Assembly (NCBI GenBank): GCA_051530055.1
Contig: CM121341.1
Coordinates: 6,922,784-6,986,783 of the forward strand
Length of the DNA: 64,000 bases
Direction of reading: 5' to 3'
From: Neoechinorhynchus agilis
Lineage: Eukaryota > Animalia > Acanthocephala
Below are positions 26,206 through 38,860 of the stretch, one piece after another. Under the pieces are notes generated by a model. It was not told the origin of the DNA and did not search any database. It worked only from the letters and a program-made list of their open reading frames with translations. Both the position numbers and the translations under genes were made by a program. The stretch's first letter is position 1. The number at the start of each line of letters is the position of its first letter.

Positions 26206-27510
26206 ATGCAAATAATGACTTCGAAAAAGTACAACAAATTGAGCGTTAGGCATTTGGATCTCGAGGGCAAACGGGTTCTGGTTCGTGTTGATTTTAACAT
26301 TCCATTAGACAACAAACAACAACCTACCGATGAGGCTCGAATCGATAGCATTATCCCTACGATTTTACTGATTAAATCTAAAAAACCACGTTATATTATA
26401 TTGATAAGTCACCTAGGAAATCCCGTGGGTCGCGATTTAACCCTAAGCCTATTTCCGGCAACCCGACTCCTTGCATTTAAACTAAAGGAACGTATTAGAT
26501 TTATAAACGACTGCAGAGGCAGTTGTGTTATAAGGAATGTGAATGAAAGTCCGAATGGAAAAATCATTGTATTGGAGAACTTGAGATTTCGTTTGGAAGA
26601 AGAAGCAAGTGAGTTTGATGCGAATGGATCGCCAAATAATAGAGTAAAAAAGTTCAGACGTTTTCTCTCCTCGCTTTGTGATATTTTTGTTAACGACGCT
26701 TTTGGAGTTTGTCATCGATTGCACAGTTCGATTGTTGGAATTGATGTTCCATTGAGAGCGACGGGTGTTTCAATGGAGCGGGAATTGGAGTATTTAGAAG
26801 CGTTGACAGATAAACCTAGTAGACCATTTTTGGCGATAATCGGTGGTGCTAAGGTTGAAGATAAAATCAAACTCCTTTATAATCTCGTTGAGAAAGTGGA
26901 TGTAATCATCCTTGCAGGGGGATTAGCGTTCACATTTCTACGAGTTCTAACCAACATGAATATTGGAAGCAGTTTGTTTGATGAAAAAGGAGCGGCAGAG
27001 GTTGACCGGATCATGAAAAGAGCGAATGAAAGGGAAGTCAAAATCCACTTACCGATTGATTTCGTTTGTTTGAGCACTGGTCGAGTAGTCGTGGTCGATG
27101 AGGATGATGGAATAAGCGACGGATTCACCGCAATGGACATTGGACCGAATAGCGTGGACACTTTTCGAGATGTAATGGGGGAAGCGAAGACTGTGTTTTG
27201 GAATGGCCCCGTCGGTGTTTATGAAGATCTAAGGTTTAGCCATGGAACGAAGCATTTGTTAAAGTCCATGGCAGAGGCCACTAAAGATGGAGTTTTGACG
27301 GTTATTGGAGGAGGAGACACGGCCGCAGCAGCCGCTGCTTTCGGTTTCACATCCACTTTATCTCATGTAAGTGCGGGAGGTGGAGCAACTTTGGAATTGT
27401 TACAAGGAACTGAGTTGCCCGGAATATCCATTCTGACAGATGCTGTGAATCTCGAGCATAAATCGGGCTCGGTGCCCGTGAAGCCAACGTTGAAAGCGCA
27501 TGCAAAGTAG
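26206..27510 (+). CDS. PGK: Phosphoglycerate kinase, intronless and divergent
   Basis: RVDFNIP, LENLRF, NDAFG, IGGAKV, FWNGPVG and IGGGDTA motifs. Confidence 0.95.
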   Translation: MQIMTSKKYNKLSVRHLDLEGKRVLVRVDFNIPLDNKQQPTDEARIDSIIPTILLIKSKKPRYIILISHLGNPVGRDLTLSLFPATRLLAFKLKERIRFINDCRGSCVIRNVNESPNGKIIVLENLRFRLEEEASEFDANGSPNNRVKKFRRFLSSLCDIFVNDAFGVCHRLHSSIVGIDVPLRATGVSMERELEYLEALTDKPSRPFLAIIGGAKVEDKIKLLYNLVEKVDVIILAGGLAFTFLRVLTNMNIGSSLFDEKGAAEVDRIMKRANEREVKIHLPIDFVCLSTGRVVVVDEDDGISDGFTAMDIGPNSVDTFRDVMGEAKTVFWNGPVGVYEDLRFSHGTKHLLKSMAEATKDGVLTVIGGGDTAAAAAAFGFTSTLSHVSAGGGATLELLQGTELPGISILTDAVNLEHKSGSVPVKPTLKAHAK

Positions 27511-28259
27511 AACGTTCAAATGGGTAATATGGTGTATTTTGTTAAAAAATTAATAAAAAAAGCGTGGATATGAGAAAAACAGACATTCATAAATAATTAT
27601 GCTAAAGAACTCCCTTTTTTGTGGTATGTGTCAACTTTTCACGGTAAAAGAGAGAATTTTTTTGAGAGCCAGAGTTCATACCACTGAGAAGGAAATAAAA
27701 CCTCATATGATTAAAATTATAGATCAAGGAGAGAATGTTCAATAGTTGTATTTAATTTTTAGCATATTTGAGGGTATACGAGAACACAAATTGTCTCATA
27801 GACGAAGTCCTCCGACCATGGACATTATCACGCGCATGCTGAGGAAGGTTATCGGGCAAGTGAGCTGTCCTTCTTAGAATCCGGCGCAATTTTGGAGCGT
27901 TCCTGTAGACCAATCGCATTTCTAGAACTGTCTCTTTTAGGAGCCTTCTTATGTCCTTTGTGACCTACTCGCTTACAAATGGGATCCTGAGGATCGTTAT
28001 CATTATTCTTTTCCTTCTTCCCCGAACGTCCGCACATCGATTCCGTTCTTATTTTCCCGATCGCCATAGCCGTTTTGAGCGAACATTCTGTTCACAACCT
28101 CAACAGCAATCCTTGTAGTCTCCGTCGAAAATGATCAAATCTTTGCAGTCTTATGTAGATCGCTCATCGCCTAAAGAATGGCGAGAATCTCGATGGATGG
28201 CTCTTGTAAAACTTACAGTACCATTCATCTGTGGAAGGGTTAGGAGTCCGCCGGGTTGA

Positions 28260-28830
28260 ATAGGAGGACCCATGTACCTTTGGGTCCTCATGAGCATTCG
28301 GGTTCAGAGTTGTTCAAAAAAACGTATCCGTTAAGATGGGAATATCCAGTCGAAGGAATGTCCGTTCGGGTTTGAATATCCAGTTGGAGACGGTTTGTTC
28401 GGGTTTGAATATCCAGTCGAAGGGATGCCCGTTAGGATGGGAATATCCAGTTGGAGACGGTTTGTTCGGGTTTGAATATCCAGTCGAAGGAATGTCCGTT
28501 CGGGTTTGAATATCCAGTCGGAGATGGCTCGGGTAAGAATATGTCCGTTCGTTTGAGAATATCCGGTTGGATTGGTTGTTATTGTTTTCTTTAGAGCTTG
28601 TGAGGTTGCTCCTTTCTCAGAATCATTTCAAGTTCTGATATCCGAGAGAAGATTGGACAGCATGGAAAAAGGAGCGTTGGTATAGGAAGCTGCGAGGTCG
28701 AAGGAGAATGAAACGAATTAGGATTGCGAGTGTTGTGCTCGTGTGAAAATGGTTCGATATGTGGAAGAAATTGTGGTTCAAGGGTTGATAGTCGTTTTGA
28801 TTGTTTTATGAAAATGCTCCAATTCATCCA
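28260..28830 (-). mobile_element. 3' fragment of the LINE-derived family with minisatellite tail
   Basis: 28591..28827 translates to KQSKRLSTLEPQF...LLFPCCPIFSRIS, as at 1204 and 50291. Confidence 0.75.
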
Positions 28831-28867
28831 CTTTAGAGGTCTCGCTGTAGGACAATATCTCGATATC

Positions 28868-29471
28868 TCAGTTTAATCCGTTTTTCTGAAATGTGTATGG
28901 AAAAACGTACTGTGTCTCCAGATCGTCCACAGGAACCGAATGGAACCGGATTATTTCGAAAGGATGATAGTGAAGAACGAAGTATGGAAATGAATTCCGT
29001 CCATCTAAAAATTGTAAGATCGAAATAGTTCAACGCTTACACCCGAGAGCTATTGCGTTTACTCCTGTGATGCATCCAATGATCGAAACGTATAAGATGC
29101 CCAAGATTAACGGCCCTGGGTATCGGGTCTCCAAGCTAAATCCACTCCTGCAAACGAGAAACGTCCACAATAATGCGGCCTTAAGATCTACGGCGAAAAG
29201 ATTGCTCGATACCAAAGGAAAGTTCAACCTTTATGGTTTTGAGACTCATGGGCTTGATGTTTAAATGCACAATTTCTTCAGGTATGGAAATGGGTTTTAA
29301 TAGCAAGTCCGAGGGTTGGCTGCAGGGAACAACAACCATTTTTGAACGATCTGTCCGCACACATTTCCGAAAAATGGATTTAACTGAGGTATGTGGACGA
29401 CTCTCACACACGGGAGACGTCCGATGTGAACGGGTTCTTTGTGTGGAATGTTTACTATTGTTCCTTCTCAT
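28868..29471 (-). CDS. Putative small membrane protein, 3 exons, unidentified
   Basis: GT-AG introns 29228-29180 (49 nt) and 29040-29005 (36 nt) join three frames in phase; hydrophobic LILGILYVSIIGCITGVNAIALG. Confidence 0.5.
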
Positions 29472-29522
29472 CTCACCAAACTGCCGATCTTTTTTTGAAG
29501 AATTGACAATTCGTTATTATCA

Positions 29523-30159
29523 ATGAGCTCCTCTAAGAGTTGTAAGCTGACCAAACAGAATCTTCGTGCTTTGATAAGATCCCAAATGAAAAAACTGTCT
29601 TTTGAAATGAAGCAGAAACAATCAGCTCAAATTTGCGATCAAATAAAATCAAATTCTATTGTACGGAACGCTCAGAAGATTGGTGCGTTCATGCCCACTC
29701 AAAATGAACCACAAATAACTCCAGTGATCGAATGGCTACTGAGAATGAGCAAACGGGTTTATGTGCCTAAAATGACTGACAAAAATCGAATGATCATGAC
29801 CGAAGTAGACAATATCGATACACTAAGTCATTTGGAGCACAATGAGTTTGGCATTGAAGAACTCACTTCGTTCACTCGAGTTTTTGAAGTCGGTGAGCGT
29901 ATGGACGTGCTATTGATTCCTGGTCTTGCCTTTTAAAGTTGGTAGTCGATCGCTTTTTGCGATCGACAATCGATTTTCTCAAAGTCTTAATCGGCTTGGA
30001 CATGGAAAAGGTTGCTACGATCGATGGATCGCACGTGTCAAACGCTGGAATATTCGTTGGATTATCGGAATAGGATTTAGCGTTCAGTTGGTCGAAGACA
30101 TACCCACTGAAAAGCACGATTTTGGAGTTAATGAATTGATCATCGGTAGTGAGTCTTGA
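29523..30159 (+). CDS. MTHFS: 5-formyltetrahydrofolate cyclo-ligase, interrupted by a 43 nt non-GT-AG insertion
   Basis: R..IR...K N-terminus, VYVPK, D.LLIPGLAF | SQSLNRLGHGKGCYD, IP.EKHD. Confidence 0.88.
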
Positions 30160-31202
30160 ATATAAAAATCTAGATTTTATCGAGGTTTAAAAAAATATGA
30201 TTCGATTACGTCGAGATTTTCAAAGATGAAATATAACGGTTGAACATTGTTCTTTGATTTAAAAGACCCCTTCATTCAATTTTATCTTGCACTGTTGATC
30301 GATTGGACATTTGTAAGTATTTCTTAAATGAAAGCCGAAGAACACATTTAAACATTGGTATATTTTCGAAGCCGTAGATAAACTTATGAGTTTATAAGTG
30401 TCCCGAGGGATTATGGGATTCCCAAACATAAAGTATTTACAATTCCAGCAATCTATTATCGAATTAGGTTAAAACTAACAAGGGGCATGCTGTTTACTCG
30501 TCGTTTTCTCCCTTTAAACTAATGCCAAATCGAGAACCGGAAAAGTCGTAATAGTCGCTGGAATGTTGGACGAATGATCGAACTTATTGTAGCCGCAAAT
30601 GTAGATAAAATTAAAAATTAGTTCTCTCGGAAAAGCAACATTTTCCTTTTTATACTTTGCTCTATGAAAAGATCAAAATGCGTCAGTGATTTTTCATGTG
30701 TATTGTTCAGTTTTTAATCTTTTTAAATCGGAATATAGCCTCGTTTGTGCCCAACATTCGCCGCAAATATATTGACATGGCAAAACTGAATATTGACCGA
30801 TATAATTTTTCGGCTTTCACCAGCTCAAGTGGACGACTAGATGATTCGCATTATAAATTATGCCCTGCTTAGATCACAGATATCGGTATTTGCCATTTTA
30901 TTGTTTCTTAATTCTTTATGATGTGATCGTTTGAATGATTGCAGAAGATATTCATTCTAACAAGTCTTTATCTGGAAAAAGTAACCACGACTTTCATTTT
31001 CGGGAATTTAGATATATTTAGCAATAGAAGCATTAAAGTCAATAAAGAATTGTGCGATGAGTTTAGGAGATTATAAATAAAAGGCGCCAAGTACATTGAG
31101 CGACTTTTCGATATTATTCAAATCTCACGTCCTTTACTCGTCTGATAAAATTAAGAACTTGTGATTTTTAGTGGCCTTGAAATGTAGAATATTTTCACTA
31201 GT

Positions 31203-31640
31203 TTAAGTTTTTTTGCATTATTGCTTCAATCTTCCCAATCTTTTAATAAATTTAAGAACTTTGTGCCGAGTTTTTTTGCATTATTGCTTCAATCCTCGAA
31301 ATCTTTTAATAATATTAAGAACTTTGTGCCTAGTTTTTTTTGCATTATTGCTTCAATCCTCCCAATCTTTTAATAAATTTAAGAACTTTGTGCCTAGTTT
31401 TTTTTGCATTATTGCTTCAATCCTCCCAATCTTTTAATAAATTTAAGAACTTTGTGCCTAGTTTTTTTGCATTATTGCTTCAATCCTCGAAATCTTTTAA
31501 TAATATTAAGAACTTTGTGCCTAGTTTTTTTTGCATTATTGCTTCAATCCTCCCAATCTTTTAATAAATTTAAGAACTTTGTGCCTAGTTTTTTTGCATT
31601 ATTGCTTCAATCCTCCTAATCTTTCAATAAAATTAAGAAC
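31203..31640. repeat. 63-64 bp tandem array, ~7 copies, two unit variants
   Basis: ttttgcattattgcttcaatc repeated; variants ctcccaatc and ctcgaaatc. Confidence 0.95.
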
Positions 31641-32070
31641 TTGTGCTTTTTGATGGCTAAATTGCAACACTTTCATTAAAATTCAAAACCATTAAGAAGA
31701 GATGTTTCGGGATGATAGAGTTGTAAAAGACCGCCCACTGTTTTTATGTGGGGAACACCAAAACATGAATTTTTACAAATTCTTCATTTTTGTTACTAAA
31801 AAAATCTTGCTAAGATTGTGTGTGCCTCCGAAAGCAATTCATTTTAAATTTTGTTTGAATATTTGTCGATCAATAATAAAAAACCTTTTTTTTATACGAC
31901 TAAAGTAAACTTCTATAAAATGCTTCTAAATTTCTATAAGCGAGACCTTTTAAGAGATTTCTTTTACCTTGATCAATATGGACGAATGAGCAACCCAGTC
32001 AAATCCAAGTTCATATTACCATGGAAACTGCTTAAAATCGTTTTGAATCTCTCCATTTTGATTAGGGAAT

Positions 32071-32910
32071 ATGCGGCCACTTCATCAACGTTCAATAAGA
32101 AGCGGTCAAAGAGTCTGTCGCATTCCGATGAACATCTTCTCATGTATGAGCTATTATGCTCGATGTCCAGGTAACTGGTGTAGCCTTTTTATTGCATTCG
32201 TTGGATTATTCTGGATTGCCATGAGTCCCAACGCTGCAGATATTTGTTATCGTTCAACTCTTCTATTTCCAGTCATTTACACATTACGAATCCTGTGGAT
32301 AGGCGAACAAGCACCGATATATACCGTTGAACGGATGGTCATCTATTGGTTATTGGTGATCGTTTCCTTTTTGTTTGATCACTTTGCAGGATTTCTACGG
32401 CCCAACCACGGACAACCAATTCCGTTATATTTTCTTATTAAAACTCTTATATTGACGTGGTGTATGATTCCTGACTACTTCAACGGTGTTCAATTTCTAA
32501 AGGATTTACGAGATGGTCTTTTAGGTTGTCGGTGGGACATTGATGGACAAAGTATCGCTGATAGTACTGAAGATATACGGACGTCTCCAAATGAATCAGA
32601 TAGGACCGTTTATTTAAAAAACTCAAGTGACAATGTGAATTTAGAAGTTAAATCAGCAGAGCAAGAACACAGTGAGAAGCGTGAAAATCAATCGATGGAA
32701 AATCAAACAGGGCAACGTACTTCATTTACAGATATGGGGAAAACGAAAACAATGAAAACACAAAATGAAGAATTGAAATCAAGTGAAGTCAATCGAACGC
32801 CAAGCAAATTGCTTAGTCTAGCGAACATCAGGAACCGGAGGAGCAAACAGAACATTAGAAGTAAAGATTCCATCGAAATAACGAGTAGAAACGAAAAGAC
32901 GAACGTTTAG
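32071..32910 (+). CDS. REEP5: REEP5/6 (TB2/DP1/HVA22, Yop1)-like ER-shaping protein; start uncertain
   Basis: FP.IYTL, YWLL, P.Y.LIKTLIL.WCM.P..FNG pattern. Confidence 0.7.
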   Translation: MRPLHQRSIRSGQRVCRIPMNIFSCMSYYARCPGNWCSLFIAFVGLFWIAMSPNAADICYRSTLLFPVIYTLRILWIGEQAPIYTVERMVIYWLLVIVSFLFDHFAGFLRPNHGQPIPLYFLIKTLILTWCMIPDYFNGVQFLKDLRDGLLGCRWDIDGQSIADSTEDIRTSPNESDRTVYLKNSSDNVNLEVKSAEQEHSEKRENQSMENQTGQRTSFTDMGKTKTMKTQNEELKSSEVNRTPSKLLSLANIRNRRSKQNIRSKDSIEITSRNEKTNV

Positions 32911-33653
32911 GTTGTAATATATGTAGACTTTTGATAAAATCCCACTTTTGGTTCTTTTCAGTAATACAGCTCCGTATACTAGGAAAAAAATTGACGAATA
33001 CATTCTGAAAGTTGCACGGTGCAAATAAAATTGAAATAAAGCTTCTGTTCGTATGCAAATTACATAGATTTCTTTGAAATCGATAAAAAATTTGTTATTT
33101 TCAATGGCTACGTTTAATGTTTAAACATCTCCTGGACGATTTTGTTTAGTAATAAAAACCCACGGATTTTAGAGCTGGACGAGATTCATGGATTGAACAG
33201 AATAGTTAAGAAAATAAAAGATTCTCCAATGAAGATGGGTCTTTGTGGGTTTTTTTAACCATAGCATTTTCTAATTTAATAGCAGTCCGGTTGAATAAAA
33301 TGATTATACAGCCGTCAAAGTGTTAAAATTCTTAATCGTGTATAAAACCGAAGATTAATTGTCGGATTTAATATTAAACATTTTGAGTTGAAATCTTTAG
33401 AATGTGGTTTCGTGTGGATACCGTTAAATTTATAAGAATTTAAGCAAAATATCTTACAAATTTAGACACCATTATGACTGTTCGAAATCGTAAGCGGCAA
33501 TACTTGGGAAGATTTTAGGGACCGAGGTGATAAATTCGCGAGTATTTAAATGATCGGAACGCATTTGGTCGGTTTTCGAACGAGTATTCTTAGCATTCGA
33601 TTTATTTATAACCACCAGAACCGACATTTGTTTTTGGAGATTGTTGTCTACGA

Positions 33654-36123
33654 TCAGCTCCAAGTTAGTGGATCATCTCTCCAGAAATTAAACGTATTGA
33701 ATTCGCTAGGTCCAATAAGGCGACCCGAAAGTGGCGGGAAAAGATGATCGACGATCTCATGAAGACTATGATAGGTGGTCGAATTCGAACGCGATAGATA
33801 TTCTTGGGAAACTATACCACTCGGATTGATGGTGAAGATACGCGAAACTGGAATACCAACGGCGGTATAGGCGTATTGATCGTTAACTCGGTTACCGAAT
33901 CCAGCATAGAATGGCTTTGAAGGTTGCGGAAATAGTGAAGCCACTTCTTTAAGACAACTGATTTTGAATTCCTCCGGCTTACGAATAATCACTTCTTTAT
34001 AGAGACAGTTAAACAGTGATTCTGGTGATAAAAGAACGGGTCCTTGTGGAAGATGAAAGCCTTTTTGGTCCAGACGTTCAAGGTAATCTCTCGTAATTGA
34101 TGCTTGACCAATAGTCCTCGCAGTCAAGTAAATGAATTTGTATCCGTTATTTTCAATAGCGCAGAAAAACTGAGCTATTCCGTCGTGAGACCAGTCTTTT
34201 CCTACTAAAGGTAAGATTTGTCCAATAACATCTGATCGAGTAATAGTGCCATCAATGTCCGATACAACAAATCTATCGTTCTCGTCGAACAGAAATATGC
34301 TGGATTTGAGGACAGCCGTTCCTTGAAGAGCAGTTATAACTTTAAAGCAAACGGTATTTTTGCCATGGTTCAGTTTAATAGAAGCTATTTCATCCGACGT
34401 GAGTTTCAGTCGCTTCTGTGGACATTTATCACAAACTCTCTGAGGTTCTATCGAATTCTTTGGCGATTCTTCAGTTAGACTAGAATGACGGCGAGCCTGA
34501 ACCGGAACGTGTAGTTGTTCTTCACGTGTCCTATATTCATTCTTAGATCTTCCGAAAATCCACCAATATCCTGAACTGGGCGTTTGAGAACCTTTTCCAG
34601 CCATCGGCATGTATTGACTTATTAGGTTTTCAAGAGTGCCTTTAGGAATTGGACGTTTATAGATGAGCGCAAAAAGGATAATCGGAGCAGCGGTCATCCA
34701 GTTATAGTAACGGCCATTTATTCGAAATACAAGACGAGTGTTATTAAAGCGAATAATGTCAGGATTGCGGATGAACTCTTCTTCAGTAACTAAATGTTTA
34801 TCGAATAGTTCAGAAGTGATTCCGCCGTCCAAACTACCACATTGTGATATTGCGATATTTTCAAGGACACTTTGGACGTCTTCTATTCCGTTGTTTAGCG
34901 CTTCGACTTCATTCTCGGTTTGAGCAATGTCGTCCAAGTACAATTGAGCAGGCGTCGTCGTCGTAGATTCCGATCCGTTGGTCGTTGGATTTGCTCTTGA
35001 GAATAACGGACGGAATATACTGAACACGGATCCCGATCCCTTACCGGCAGCATTGGATTTCTGTTCTGGTTCTGGTTGTGTTAAAAGCAGGAATTGGCCC
35101 GCCAAAGGAATGTGGGCGACAAAAAGGTATATAGATTTCTGATTATTTTAGGAACAATTTAGTCCAAGATGCGAACGAAATAAGTCGCATGTTCCAAAAA
35201 AATACAATGCGAAAATCGCGAATTTCAGCGATAATGAAGTTTGCTATTTTGGATGGGTGATATGAAGAAAAGAATCACTCTGCCATTTCCTGATCTGATC
35301 CAAGCGTATTTCGTGGGAGTTGCCATATTTTGGCATATACAATCGATATCTCTTCATGTAGGGACTTCAGATATTCCTTTGCATCATAAAGTTGTGTCTT
35401 TTCGTCGAGTACTTGAGAAACATCAGTGAGCGAGTCATTGCTGGTCAAGAGTTCGATAGAAGGCTCTGAGACCGCTCTTCTATTCGAATCGACAAACATC
35501 GATATCCGTTGAAGTTGCGATCCTTCTCCAGTACTTGAATGACCTGCCCGTTCGAGAAATCCGTCACTCATATACCTGTTAAGATTACATGAAACGGTGT
35601 AATCATTTTTGAGCAACTTTGTTGACATTTGACTGGGCTCAATAACTCGGTTATTATAATCGATAAAGTCTATCTCGGTATCCGAATACGATCGAGACCG
35701 TCGATTGGTTTCACCGTCCTCTAGAGCGCGATTAGGCTTTACTCGTGTACGTCGCTTTCGTTTTCTACCCCTAAAACCATTCCGTCTTCGTCTCCAATTT
35801 TCATCGACAACCTTCTTGACAGATTTGGATTCCAAATCATCCTCACCATTTCCCATACTCTTTTCAGACTCATCAGCTGTAGCGAAATAAGCGTCTCCAT
35901 TATCACCGAGAACCATGTTCAAATCAACCGGCTCGTCATTTACACTCACGAAAACCTTTTTGCCGGTTGATTTGAGAACGTCTATTTTTGAGAATCGAAC
36001 ATAAAATGGACTTGCCGAGTACGATCCATCGATGTGACGAACCGCAATTATATCGACAACTCCGTTCAGGTTCGATTGGTTAATTTGACCAGGAAACCAA
36101 TGGAGCCAACTACTTAGTCTCAT
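33654..36123 (-). CDS. LPIN: Lipin phosphatidate phosphatase; one intron near 35.1-35.3 kb with uncertain boundaries
   Basis: NLIP domain (DIIAVRH.DGSY..SPFYVRF), middle domain YYNWMTAAP, C-LIP with intact SDIDGTIT and AGFGNR. Confidence 0.93.
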
Positions 36124-38329
36124 GTAACTGTACGGACCCCAGAGCCGGAATCCTTCTTCAATCTCAAAAGGTTACGACAATTCATCATCGTCCTTAATGT
36201 CACATTGGTAAAATGACTGATGAATTTTAAAATAATAAACAATCGCAAAAACAACACAAAATCAGCTTCATTTGAAAACAAAGACGAATATGTATTATAT
36301 TTGTGGGATTATTATCTTTTTGGGGAAAATAGAATTTCTTTTGGTAGATTTGCAACATTGAAAAAACCCGAAAAATCGGTGAATTTATATCCCATCAAAA
36401 AACTTCATTTCCGTATAGGCTATTATCGATCCCAATTCTGAGATTTGGTTCACTAAAAAGATTGAACTTCTTAAAAACGGGCAAAATGAACTTGACGACC
36501 AAAGTAGGTTGCAATCGTTACCAAGATATTGAGACCCAATGACTTTAAGTGAACGCAAATGCGTAAAATTTGCGACAAATACTCGAGAAAATCTCATATT
36601 TCGTTGGGAAAAATCCTTCAAATATAACGTTCAACGATTTCTTGATAGTCTTTATCCATAAAGTAGATATTTTTGGTTTTCTATTCAAAAGATAAGACTA
36701 GGTCAAATAGACCAAATAATGATTAAAAACGGAATTTATCCTCCGAACTGCAGCGTTGCCCTCCTCTGATTCCCTTTCAGATAACCGAAGAAAAGCTTCC
36801 TGACGAAGACGCAAGGCGTCGAAAATTTGAAGTAACAAATAAATAAAACACCCATTTTCCGTTCGATAATAAATCTGGAAAGCTTCTAAGACTAATATTG
36901 TTTCAAATAATTAGTCATATCGGAAATAACTGCAAATTATAAGCCATTAATTTTGAATGGCTATTTTCAAGATGGACTAAAATCAAGATACCCGATTTCC
37001 ACCGACCGAAATATCGGACTTGGTAAAAATCACCTCAATTTTTCCTCCACCATAAACAAAAATACGAGCAACCGTGGTTATTTTCGGTTGTCGTAGGCGA
37101 CTTTGAGAGCAAAATGTCCAGAATATTCAGGTATAGAGAAGTTGAAATTTTAGGTCGAGAAAAGATTATTCAATTTTTAAACCTAAAAAAAAGAGAGCAT
37201 AGTCAATGGCGTATAAAGTTCCTCCAGAAACATTTTCTTTTCGGAAAATGAACATCAATGGATACAATTCGATTAATAATCTTTTTAAGATTTGATCCAC
37301 CGCGACCACGAGAATCTTCACAATTTTTATAGACGTTTATCAGTCTTGTGACAACTTTGATAAAAAAATTTAAAATTTCTGCGGCAGGAAATGTTCGTAA
37401 TTTGCACGAAGATGAATCAATTAACTATCGAGCCATTTTTATATGGATCACATCACTCAAGCAAACTAAGCGGAAAAGAATATAACAGCGAAATCAAGAC
37501 GTGTTCGTCGCAAAAAAACCTAGTTGTCGATCCATTATTTTGTTTTTTATGTTCTGAACGTGGCCCAAAATCTCAAATGGTGCATTTAAGACCATCTGAA
37601 AAAAAAGAGTTGTTTTATGGCGTCGAATTTTTTTAAAACCAAAATCATCATTCAATTTCTGTAGGCGCCATAAAACAACCACTTTATGAACAGTTCAATC
37701 TTCAAAGAAACCCGATAAAAGTCATGGAACGTTTTCAAAAATGGCCAAAAATGAAGGAACTTCTTGTAGAATGGGAAAAAGCGGTTTCTTAGTTTGTGAT
37801 AAAAGAAAAGACGTCGAAAACGACTTTAAGAAATCTAATGATTAGCGATAGACCTCAAAAAATCGGAATCTAACGAAAAAAAGTGACGAACGAATTCGAA
37901 AACAGAATAAGTTGTGAAATTATCGACGTTTCCAATCACACGTTCGAAAAAAAGATCTATCCACAAGACGGCAGCAACTCACCTTGGAAAAAAACAAAAA
38001 CTCCTTACCACAGTTGAGAGAACATCTTCCGAGGCATTTGCACTCATTTAAAGCTCACAAAAAACCCGTCAAATATACCAAGTTTGATTACGTCGATTGA
38101 ACCGCCCAATGGAAAAGGTTCTCGATTTCCTCTCACGACTTGCGATCCAGCAGCTTCCTGTTGCAGCGATCCAACGCGGCCATCAAGGAAGCTGCTGAAC
38201 AAACATAACATTTGAAGATTTGTATTCTAAAAATGTTTGAAGATCTTTTTTGTCAAGTTCTAGATTTAAAACAGAAAATTCTTTTTTTAGAAATTTTAGA
38301 TTAAATCGTCCCCGGACGCTGACCGCATT

Positions 38330-38860
38330 TCCTCGTTGGATTACGAGGCAACCTGTGCCCCACACCAGTGCCGATGCGGAATAAAAGTTGACGTGCTCGG
38401 GAGACATGGACTCTACTGCAAGAGATCGAGCGGTCGTTTCCCAAGGCACGCAGAGCTCAACGCGATCATTAGCAGAGCTCTGAACTCGATCCACGTTCCA
38501 ACCATCCTGGAGCCCAATCACCTCTGTCGCTCGGATGGTAAGCGTCCCGACGGTATGACCGTTTTCCCTTAGAAAGAAGGGAAGAGTCTAATTTGGGACG
38601 CAAAATGCGTGGACTCACTCGCCCTGTCCAACCGGCAAGATGCTTTAGCGGAGACGGGAGGAGCAGCGAGTGCCGCCGAAAGGAGGAAAGCGGAGAAATA
38701 CAATGAGCTCAAACAAAATTACATTTTCCTTCCTTTCGGCGTGGAAACACAAGGGGCGCTGGGATCTTCGGCACGAAGCTTTTGTGCCGAACTCGGACGG
38801 ACGCGAGAGGATTTTCTTGATCCAAAGAATAAGCCTCGCAATCCAACGAGGAAATTTTTT
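38330..38860 (+). mobile_element. Degenerate C-terminus of an RLE non-LTR retrotransposon (CRE-like): zinc knuckle plus PD-(D/E)xK nuclease
   Basis: HQCRCG..VD.LGRHGL.C, RH.ELN.II.RAL, DGKRPDG, FLPFGVETQG; contains stops and frameshifts. Confidence 0.8.

Noticed and set aside
29931-29936. Euplotes-type +1 frameshifting at TTT-TAA (and CTT-TAA at 11817)
   Set aside because: Would insert 14-16 residues into conserved motifs, whereas excision restores exact spacing; all other genes read with the standard code
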